Assembly (NCBI GenBank): GCA_014905635.1
Contig: JABVCE010000012.1
Location: 1,178,001-1,235,393, forward strand
Length of the DNA: 57,393 nucleotides
From: Scenedesmus sp. PABB004
Lineage: Eukaryota
Direction: 5' to 3'
Shown: one piece after another, positions 1-8,909 of the stretch
Position numbering within the stretch: position 1 is the first letter of the stretch
Layout: each line of letters opens with the position of its first letter
Position numbers and translations under genes: made by a program
The notes under the pieces: model-generated
Seen by the model: only the letters and a program-made list of their open reading frames with translations
Told to the model about the DNA's origin: nothing
Database searches by the model: none

Positions 1-200
1 GCTGGGTGTGAGGCTCGGGAGCCGCCGCGGTCACCAATTACTCTCTGCGGGTCACGCTCCGGCGCCGCTGCCGCTGCCGTTCACGAGAATGAGGCCGCCC
101 GCGCCGCCAGTCTGGGCCTCCGCGACGGCATCCCGCATGGTGTGACCCGGGGGTCGCCCACCGCGCAGCAGGGGCGCCGTGCGGCCGCGCACGCGTTGAC

Positions 201-3200
201 ATGGCGGCGGCGACCTGGGCGGCCGCCTCGCTCCGCAGCGCCCTGCTGGCGCTCCTGGACGCGCTGCTGGCGCTGGCGGGGCTCGCGCGGGTTGCCCGCT
301 CGCCGCACGGAGCGCGGCAGGCTGGCGTGGCAGCAGCGCCGCCGCCCGCTGCTGCCGGGCCCGCGCCGCCGCCGCCCGCGCGCTTCTGGCTCAGCGCCGC
401 CGAGGAGGCAGACCTGAAGTCTCAGGCGACGCAGTTCGCGGCCGGCTGGCGGGCGCGGGGCTACGGCTACGGCGGGCGGCTGCACGCGCTGCGGGCGCGC
501 GCCTTCCCGCAGCTCGCCGCCGCGACCTACCTGGACCACGCCGCCGCGCCGCCCTTCTCCACCGAGCAGCTGTGCCGCGCGACGGAGGAGCTGGCGGGCG
601 GGCTGTTTGGCAACCCGCACAGCCAGCTCGGCGGCCTGGACGGCACGCCCGCGGCGGTGGCGCAGCTGCGCCTGCTCACGCTGCGCATGCTGAACGCGGC
701 GCCTGAGGAGTACGAGGTCGGCGGTGCTGGCGGCGAGGGATGGGGGGGAGGGGGGGAAGAGGGCGGCGGCGGCCGCGCCGCGTCTGGGGCCGAGCCCAGC
801 CCGGCGCCGCGCGCCGCGCAGGTCGTGCTCACCTCTGGCGCGACCGCGGCGCTCAAGCTCGCGGGCGAGTGCTTCCCGTGGACGCGCGGCGCGAGCGTGT
901 GCGCGCACGCGGCCGCGCTCCACAACAGCGCGCTCGGCGTGCGCGAGCTCGCGGCGGCGGCGGGCGCGCGCGTGGCGCCGCTCAACCTGGAGCAGCTGCT
1001 GCCAGCGGGCGCGGCGCCGCAGGCGGCGCAGGCGCAGCAGGAGCAGGCGCAGCAGGCGCAGCAGGCGCAGCGGGCGCAGCAGCAGGCGGGTGGGGACGGC
1101 GGCGAGGTGCACTCGCTGCTCGTCCTGCCGGCAGAGTGCAACTTCAGCGGCGCGCGGCACGACACGCGCGCGCTGCTGCGGGCCTGGCTCGCGCAGCAGG
1201 GCCGGCAGCAGGAGCGGCAGCAGGAGCAGCAGCAGCAGCAGGGGGAGCAGCAGGAGCAGCAACAGGAGGGGCAGCAGCAGGAGCGGCATCAGCAGGGGCA
1301 GCATCAGGGGCAGCGCTGGTGGCTGCTGGTGGACGCCGCAAAGGCGTGCGCCAGCCACCCGCCAGACTGCTCAGGCCCGGACGGGCCCGACCTGGTCGCC
1401 CTCAGCTTCTACAAGATATTTGGCCACCCCACGGGTAGGCGCGCCGGGGCGGGCGCCAGGCCGCCAGCGCCGCCGCCTCGCGAGCTTGCGGGCGCGCGCC
1501 GCGCCCGCGCTGCGCCACCACCGCGACGCCCGGCGCCGCCACGCCGCGCAGGCCTGGGTGCGCTGCTCGTGCGGCGGCGCCTGCTGCCGCTGCTGGCGCA
1601 GCAGAAGGCCTACTTTGGCGGCGGCACCGTGGAGGTGGCCCTGCCGACGCGGCGGCACGTCGTCAGGTCAGGGCCGCGCCTGCGGCGGCGCAGCATGAGC
1701 AGGAGCAGCGCCGGCTCTGCCCGCCCGCGCGCGCGCAGCACCGACGCCCGCCCGCCGTGCCGCCGCAGGCGCCCGGGTGCGGCAGGGCTGGAGGACGGCA
1801 CGCTGCCCTTCACAGCCATTGCCGCGGCGCGGCACGGCTTTGCGCACCTGCTGTCCCTGGCTAATGGTGCCGCCGCGCCCGTCAGCGCAGCATGCGGCGG
1901 CGGCGGCGGCGGCGGCGTGCCCGTGCCGCCAGCGGTGGGCGCAGCGCTCGCCGCCGACGCGGCGGCGCTGCGGGGCGCGTTTGACGCCGCCGACCGGCAC
2001 ACGGCCTGCCTGGCCTGGGCGCTGATGGCGGCGCTGCTGGCGCTGCGGCACGGCAACGGCCGCGAGGTGGCGGTGCTGTACGCGCACCCTGCCGCGCGCG
2101 AGCTGCTCGCGCGCCACGCGTGCGGGCAGGAGGACGCGGGGCGCCCCGGCGCCGGCGGCCTCCTCTGCGGCGCCCCGCCGGGCGAGGCGGCGCTGGCTGC
2201 GTTCCGCGCGGTGCAGGGCCCCGTGGTCACCTTCAATCTGGTCCGCCCTGACGGCAGCTGGGTGGGGCACCGGGAGGTCGCGCGGCTCGCCGGCGTCCAC
2301 AACATCTGCCTGCGCACCGGTGCGCGCGTGCGTGCGGGCGGCGGATCCGTGCGCGGCCGGCAGTGCACGCCGCTCACGCGCGCTGCGAAACCGCCGCCGC
2401 CGCCGCCGCCCCAAGGCTGCTTCTGCAACCCGGGCGCCTGCGCGGCCGCGCTCGGCCTGGGCGAGGAGGCGCTGCTCGCCAACCACGCGGCGGGGCACGT
2501 GTGCTGGGACGACGCCGACTTGATCGACGGCCGGCCCACGGGCGCGGTGCGCGCGTCGCTCGGCGCCGCGACCGACGCGGCCGACGCCGGCGCGCTGCTG
2601 CGCTTCGTGCGCCGCTTCTTCGTCGACGACGGCGGCGGCGTGGCGCCCGCGAAGCCCAGCGCCGCGCCGCCGCCCGGCCCCGCGCGGGGCGCGCTGGCGG
2701 GGCTGTACCTGTATCCGATCAAGTCGTGCGGCGCGCAGGCGGTGCCGGCGTGGCCGCTCGGGCCCAACGGCCTCCTGTTTGACCGCGAGTGGGCGGTGGT
2801 GGGGCCCGACGGCGCGGTGCTCACGCAAAAGGCGGCGCCGCGCCTCGCGCGGCTGCGGCCCGAGGTCGACCTGGCGGCCGGGCTGCTGCGCGTGCGCGCG
2901 CCGGGCGCGGACGAGCCGCTGGTCCTGCCGCTGGCGCCGCCGGCGCCGCCGGCGGGCGGCGGCGGCGGCGGCGCGGCGGCGACGGGGCAGGAGCCAGAGC
3001 GGCAGCGGCAGGGCGCGGGGCAGTTGGTGCGCGTGTGCGGCGACACGGTGTGCAGCCAGGCCGTGGCCGCGCCCGCCGGCGATGCGGCCGCGTGGCTCTC
3101 TGCCGTGCTGGGCGTGCCGTGCACGCTCGTGCGGCAGCTGGACAGCAGCCGCAGCGTGACGCGCCAGGGCCGCGGCGGCAGCGACGCCGCAGCCGCCAGC

Positions 3201-3698
3201 AGCGGCAGCCTCGGCTTCGCCAACGAAGGGCAGTTCCTGCTGGTCAACGCCGCCAGCGTGCACGCGGTCGCGGCGCAGCTCGCGGCCGGCGGCGCCCCCG
3301 ACGCGCTGCGCTTCAGGCCCAACCTGGTCGTCGAGGGCTTCCCGGCCTGGGCGGAGGACGGCTGGCGCGCGCTGCGCTTTGACGGCGGCAGCGGCGGCGA
3401 CGGCGACGGCGACGGCGGCGGCGAGGGCGGCTGCGTGGCGCTGGAGGCCGTCGGCGCGTGCGGTCGCTGCGACATGGTCCGAATCGACCAGGCCACCGGC
3501 GAGCGCCACGGCGGCGAGCTGCTCGCCCTGCTCGCCCGGCAGCGCCGGCAGGGCGGGCGGCTCAACTTTGGGCTGCTGCTCGCGGCGCCGCAGCGGCGTG
3601 ACAGCGGCAGTGCCAGCGGCGGCGGCAGCGGCAGCGGCGGCGCGCGCGCAGCGCGGCGTTGGCTGCGCGTGGGCGACGCCGTGCTCGCGGTCGACTGA
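201..3698 (+). CDS. ABA3: Molybdenum cofactor sulfurase (NifS-like PLP domain + C-terminal MOSC domain); 4 introns (717-821, 1435-1551, 1667-1768, 2320-2415)
   Basis: Motifs YLDHAA, GNPHS, TSGATAALK, ECNFSG, DAAK, SFYKIFGHPTG|LGALL (PLP Lys), YFGGGTV, EDGT, LRTG|CFCNPGAC, then MOSC motifs YPIKSCG, DREW, FANEGQFLL, RFRPNLVV. Low-complexity inserts are bounded by GT..AG and their removal restores the conserved motifs. Gln-rich tract at ~1036-1310. Confidence 0.95.
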   Translation: MAAATWAAASLRSALLALLDALLALAGLARVARSPHGARQAGVAAAPPPAAAGPAPPPPARFWLSAAEEADLKSQATQFAAGWRARGYGYGGRLHALRARAFPQLAAATYLDHAAAPPFSTEQLCRATEELAGGLFGNPHSQLGGLDGTPAAVAQLRLLTLRMLNAAPEEYEVGGAGGEGWGGGGEEGGGGRAASGAEPSPAPRAAQVVLTSGATAALKLAGECFPWTRGASVCAHAAALHNSALGVRELAAAAGARVAPLNLEQLLPAGAAPQAAQAQQEQAQQAQQAQRAQQQAGGDGGEVHSLLVLPAECNFSGARHDTRALLRAWLAQQGRQQERQQEQQQQQGEQQEQQQEGQQQERHQQGQHQGQRWWLLVDAAKACASHPPDCSGPDGPDLVALSFYKIFGHPTGRRAGAGARPPAPPPRELAGARRARAAPPPRRPAPPRRAGLGALLVRRRLLPLLAQQKAYFGGGTVEVALPTRRHVVRSGPRLRRRSMSRSSAGSARPRARSTDARPPCRRRRPGAAGLEDGTLPFTAIAAARHGFAHLLSLANGAAAPVSAACGGGGGGGVPVPPAVGAALAADAAALRGAFDAADRHTACLAWALMAALLALRHGNGREVAVLYAHPAARELLARHACGQEDAGRPGAGGLLCGAPPGEAALAAFRAVQGPVVTFNLVRPDGSWVGHREVARLAGVHNICLRTGARVRAGGGSVRGRQCTPLTRAAKPPPPPPPQGCFCNPGACAAALGLGEEALLANHAAGHVCWDDADLIDGRPTGAVRASLGAATDAADAGALLRFVRRFFVDDGGGVAPAKPSAAPPPGPARGALAGLYLYPIKSCGAQAVPAWPLGPNGLLFDREWAVVGPDGAVLTQKAAPRLARLRPEVDLAAGLLRVRAPGADEPLVLPLAPPAPPAGGGGGGAAATGQEPERQRQGAGQLVRVCGDTVCSQAVAAPAGDAAAWLSAVLGVPCTLVRQLDSSRSVTRQGRGGSDAAAASSGSLGFANEGQFLLVNAASVHAVAAQLAAGGAPDALRFRPNLVVEGFPAWAEDGWRALRFDGGSGGDGDGDGGGEGGCVALEAVGACGRCDMVRIDQATGERHGGELLALLARQRRQGGRLNFGLLLAAPQRRDSGSASGGGSGSGGARAARRWLRVGDAVLAVD

Positions 3699-4223
3699 CC
3701 GCCCCAGCGCGGCGGGCGGGCGCTGTGGCAGCACCTGGGGAGCGCGGGAGCTGGTTGGGCTGGGCGCCGCCGCGAGCAGCTGCACGCGCGCGGCGCGGCC
3801 GCGTTGGTCAAGGCGCCGCCGGCCGGTCACGGCAGCTGCCGCCCGCGCCGCCGCGGGTGCGGCGCGCGCCAGCGGGCGTGCAAGGCGGCCTGGTGGTGCT
3901 GAGCGCTGCGCCGGGCGCGCCGGGCGGCGGGGCACGGCGGGGTGACATTCCTGGCAGACTTGGGCCCTTCCCCCGCCTCCGCCCGCCCCCGGCGCGGCCC
4001 GTTCTGGCGCGCTGGGATCGGCGCGCGGTGCGGGCCGCCGGTGTGAGGCGCGCACACGGGAGAAAGTGAGGGGCAGGCCGTGCCAGAAATGGCAGCGCGG
4101 TTCAGCATCGCGTCCCACCCGGTGTGCGCGCCCATATGGCGCCCCACGCGCCCCGCGCGCCGCCGATCGGGCGCGCGCTGCGGCGACCGCCCCTCCCCCG
4201 CCACGATGCGCCGCTAGCATGCC

Positions 4224-7200
4224 ATGGCGGACTCCAGCGCCGTGATTGGGCACTATGTTGCCAGCGGCGAGGCCTGGGCGCCCGCGCTGGCGCAGAGCAG
4301 CGATCTGTTCAGGGCGCTCGTGGCCGACGAGCTGGCGCCGCTGGAGCGCCTCGACGCGGCCTCGGCGCTGGGCTGGCACACGGTGCTGCTCTGGAGCAGC
4401 CCCGACCGGGGCGAGCAGCCCAAGGTCGAGGCCCGCCTGCGCACGCTGGCGATGATCGCCACCCAGCACGGCGCCCTGCGCTGTCTGAGCTACCTCCTCA
4501 GCCGGGGGGCCAACCCTCGCCAGGCGCGGGATGGCGCGAGCTGCTACGAGGTGCGGCGGCGCGCCTGCGCCCCCGGGCGCCCCGCGCGGCGCCGCGGCGC
4601 GTGCGCGCCGCCCCGGCGACCGCCTGGGCGGGCGCGGGTAGCGCGTAAGCGGCGGCAGGCGCGCGAAGGCGGCCCCAACTGAAGGTGTCGTTGTTGCCGC
4701 GCCGCAGTTCATCGAGCCCGGCAACCCCAACGCCGCCACGATCCGGGCGCTGCTCGACGACGCGGCGGGCAACTTTGGCGGGCCCGGCGAGGCCGCGCCG
4801 GGTGCCCGCGATGGCGGGCCGCAGGAGGGCGGCGCCAGCGGGCCGGGGCACCCCGGGGCGCAGCCGGGGCAGGTGAGCCCGCGCCAGCGCCGCCCGCGCC
4901 GCGCCGGCGCGGCCGCCCGCCCGCCAGGGGGCAGCAGCGCCCTGATGGCGCGCCCAGCGGGCCCAATCCAGCGCCCCCGGACGCGCCGCCCGTCGCGATC
5001 GGGCGCCCGCGCGCGCGCCGCGGCCCTGGGACCCCGCGCCACGGCCCCGCCGCCGCGGCGCGGCGCAGGACGGCGCCGGCGGCGATCTCGACGGCGCGCT
5101 GCCCTACTCGACCGCCGACCTCACGCGCCCGGAGTACGCCACCGACACGTTCCGCATGTTCTGCTTCAAGGTGTGGGGCCCCGCCGCGCCGCCGCCCCAG
5201 CGCGCGCGCGCCGCGCCCGCCGCGCCCGCTGGAACGGGCCGCCGATCGCGGCGCGCGCGCCGCGCGCCACGCGGTCGCCGCGGCGGGCCCGCGGCGCGCC
5301 GCCGCCGCCGCCGCCGCGCAGCCGCGCGCGCCGCGGCGGGGCCCGCCCCGGCAGCCGGCGGCCGCGCGGCGCGGTACCGGGGCGCTGCCATCCGTGGGTT
5401 GGTCGGCAGTACAAGCGTAGTGCTCGGGCCAGCTCGAGCCCCTGCGGCGGGCGCCCAACGCACGCGCGCCGCCCGCCCGCCCACGCGCCGCGCCGCGCAG
5501 GTGCTGCGGTGCTCCAAGCGCTACGCGGTGAGATCCGCCGCCGCCGCCGCCGCCGCGGCGCAGCACAGGCCCCCGCGCTGCCGGCGCCGCGGCTGCCGGC
5601 CCTGCCGCGCGCCCGCGCCCACGCCCACGCCGCGCACCGCCGCCCGCCCGCGGCGCAGCACGACTGGCGCGCGTGCCCCTTTGCGCACCCGACCGAGAAC
5701 GCGCGGCGCCGCGACCCGCGGGAGTTCCGATACAGCAGCCTGGTGTGCCCCGACTACCGGCAGGGCTGCTGCGTGCGCGGGGACACGTGCCAATACGCGC
5801 ACGGTGCGCCGGGCCGCCGCGGCGCCGCGTGTGCACTGCGGGCGCCCGCGCGCGCGCGCTCGTGCGTGCGTGCGCGCGCAGCTCACGCGCGCCGCCGCTC
5901 ACGCGCGCCGCCCCGCCGCCGCTGCCCGCGACAGGCGTGTTTGAGTCGTGGCTCCACCCGAGCCGCTACCGCACGCAGCTGTGCAAGGACCAGGACAAGT
6001 GCGACCGCCCGGTGTGCTTCTTCGCGCACAGCATCGCCGAGCTGCGCAGCCCGACCGACAGCTTCGTGCCGCACCCCGAGGAGCGGCTGCGCGTGCCGGA
6101 GGCGATGCAGGCGCGGCGCGGGCGGGGCGCGCGCGCGGGCGGGGCGGCAGCCGCGGCAGCAGCCGCCGCGCGGCGGCAGCAGCGGCGGCAAGCGGGCGGG
6201 CGCCGAGCGCCGCCCTCCCGCCCGCCGTCCTCGCGCCCGCCAGGTGGTGCTGGGCATGGCCTTGCCCGCCGCGCTCGGCAGCAGCGGCGGCGGCGCCGAC
6301 ACGGGCTACGGCGCAGACCAGAACGCGGGCGCTGCAGCAGCAGCGGCCAGCGCGCTGGAGCTGCTGCCGGCCGCCGCGCAGCAGCGCGGCGACGCCGGCG
6401 CGGGCAGCAGCAGCGGCGGCGGCGCCGCCGCCGCCGGCCCGGACCAGGGCGGCGGCGGCAGCCCGTCGCCGAGCCAGCAGCTGGTGTCGCCGCCGGGCGC
6501 CGTGCCGCTGCCTCGCATGAGCAACGCGTTTGCCCGCAAGCACGGCCTCGACCCCAAGGACAACCCCCTGGTCAACCTGCAGCGCATCGCCATGCAGCAG
6601 CCGGGCGCGGTGAGCCACGCCGCGTCGCGCGGTGCCGTGCCGCGCGGTGCTGCGCCGCCGCCGACGACGCCGCCGCCGACGCGCCCCGCGCGCCGCCCCC
6701 GCCCGCGCAGGCCGCGGGCGCAGCTGGCGGCCGGCGGCAGCGCCGCACGCGCGGGCCGCACCAGAGCCCGTCGCCGCAGCCGCTGCTGCAGCAGCAGCTG
6801 CCGCCGCCGCTGCAGCCGGGGCACCACGCGGCGGCGGTGCAGCAGCAGCTCATGGGGTCGCTCTCGCCCGCGGCGGCGGCGGCGGCGGCGTACTACGGCG
6901 CCGCGCCGGGCATGGGCGCCGGCATGCACCTGCCGCCGCCGGGGCACCACGCCGCGCCGCAGCTGCTGGACCAGCAGGCGATGGCGCTGCTGTTTCAGGG
7001 CATGTCCCTCGGCGGCCCGCCGCCGCTGGGCGCCGCGGCGATGGCCGGCGGCGGCATGCACCCCCAGATGCAGGCGCAGATGGCGGCGGCGCAGATGCAG
7101 CAGCAGCACCAGCTGGCGCCGCTCGGCTACATGCCTGGCCCGGGGCCGGGCATGGCGCTGGCGCTGGGCGGGCACGGCGGGCTCGGCCCCGCCGGCCTCG

Positions 7201-7274
7201 GCCCGCCCTCGCCGCTGGAGCAGGCGATGGGCCACCCCGGCTCCGGCATGCCCAGCCCGCAGCCGCCCTTCTAG
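4224..7274 (+). CDS. RR-type tandem CCCH zinc finger (TZF) RNA-binding protein with possible N-terminal ankyrin-like region and Q/P/G/M-rich C-terminus; introns 4551-4707, 4873-5068, 5171-5500, 5528-5658, 5804-5934, 6111-6243 (GC-AG), 6610-6710
   Basis: Spliced product reads [102 protein letters not shown], which is the plant RR-TZF signature. The N-terminal segment [25 protein letters not shown] is ankyrin-like. Includes a 27-nt exon at 5501-5527. Confidence 0.92.
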
Positions 7275-8491
7275 CCGGCTGCAGCAGCAGCCGGCGCGCA
7301 GCATTGATGGCAGTCCACGGTAGCATCAGGCCCCAGGCAGGCGCAGCCAGCAGCAGCAGCAGCAAGCCGGCGGGCCGCGCGCGTGCGCCCAGGCTGGAGG
7401 GTTTAGCACGGGAGCTCAGGCAGGGCCGGGCCAGAACAGCGGGCGGGCGTGGGCAGTGTTGGGGCAGCACTTGCAGAATAGGACAGGAAATGAATTGGGA
7501 CGGTGCCGGCCGGGGTGCGGCCCGCGCCGCGCGCCGCCGGCGCGCCGCCGCCCGCCGCCCGGTGGCAGCATTCCGGCGGCGGCGGCAGCGCGGCGCGCGC
7601 GGCCGGCCCCCTGCGCCTGGCAAGCAGTCGCGCGCTGCGGGGCCGCCTCCCCCATCCCTAGGCCAGGCCGCTCAGGCACACTTCTTGCTTGTGTGCCCTC
7701 TCCTTGCGACCTTGCTAGTATGTTGGGCGGGCGGCGGCGGCGCGAGCGGGCGCAGCGGCTGCCCGCCGCGCGCTCGCTGCTGCCGCGGCTGGCGCGGCCG
7801 CGGCTGGCGCGGCCGCGGCTGGCGGGGCCCGCCGCGCTCGCGCAATCGGACCGCGCCGCGCGGCGCGCGGAATCATGTGTTTGGGGGAGGCCGGGTCGCA
7901 CTCTGCGCACCTCGCCGCGTGACATCCCTCGCCCACCACGGCGAGCGGGGCGGGGGCGCGCAGCCTGCGCGCGCAACGATGGGTCGGAGCGCCCGCCAAA
8001 CGCATCGCGCGCGCCGCGCGCAGCACGGGGCCCCCGCTCGCGTGCGCGGGCGGCGCGCGGCCGGGCCGGGGCGGGCGGGCGTGGCGCGCCCTGCGCCCAG
8101 GGGGCGCGGGGCGGGCTCGCTCGGTCCAGCAGCACATGCCCCTTGACATGCCTCCTTGACCTCAACCCAGCCTTGACCTTAACCACCAGAGGGCAGATTG
8201 GCACTCTCCTGCTGTTTGACCTGCCTGCGCGCCCCGCGCGTGCGCGCGCCACGCCCGGGCGGCGGCGCGGCGCGCAACCGCGATGTTGCGCGGCGGCGCC
8301 GTCGCCTGACGCACGCACCGCACCTGACCCCTGACCTCTGACCAGCGGGCCCGCCTGCTGCACAACCCCTAGGCCAGGTCGACACGCGGCGAGCGAGCGT
8401 AGCTAGGCGCTAGGCGCTAGCCCACAGGCGACGGGCTGCCAACCCGAACAGGGGTCCGCGCGTGTGGTGGCGCGCGTTTCATTTGTCGCAA

Positions 8492-8536
8492 GTTGGCGAA
8501 GAAGCACACAGGGCGGTTGTTGCGTCGTTGCGTGCG
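8492..8536 (-). pseudogene. Degenerate inverted fragment of a CCCH zinc-finger exon
   Basis: The minus strand reads RTQRRNNRPVCFFAN, against [20 protein letters not shown] in the upstream TZF gene. 8496-8517 is the reverse complement of 6004-6025 at 21 of 22 nt. The ORF stops at 8417. Confidence 0.5.
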
Positions 8537-8909
8537 CTCTGCGGCGCTGCAAGCCCCGACCGACCGACCGACCGTGCGCCGCGCCGCCCGGCCAGCTCCC
8601 GCGACGCCCGTCCAGCTCCCGCCGCCGCCGCCGCTGCCCAGCAACCCGCGCCGGTGCTCGCGTCGCTGCGCTCACAGCTCCCACAGCGCGCTCTCACGCC
8701 TGCCACGGGCAAGCCCAGGCCTGTGCGAGCTGTTGCTGTTGCCGGGTCTCGGGGACCACGAAACGCGCCGCCTGCCCGTCCGCGCGGCCCGCCACGCTGC
8801 TCAGCACCTCCCCCGACGTCGGAGGCGCCTCCCCACCTCAACGCTGCTCGCGCGCCAGCTCGCAGCGGTGAAAACCGCCACACCAGCCAGCAGCAGCAGC
8901 GCGGCCGCG

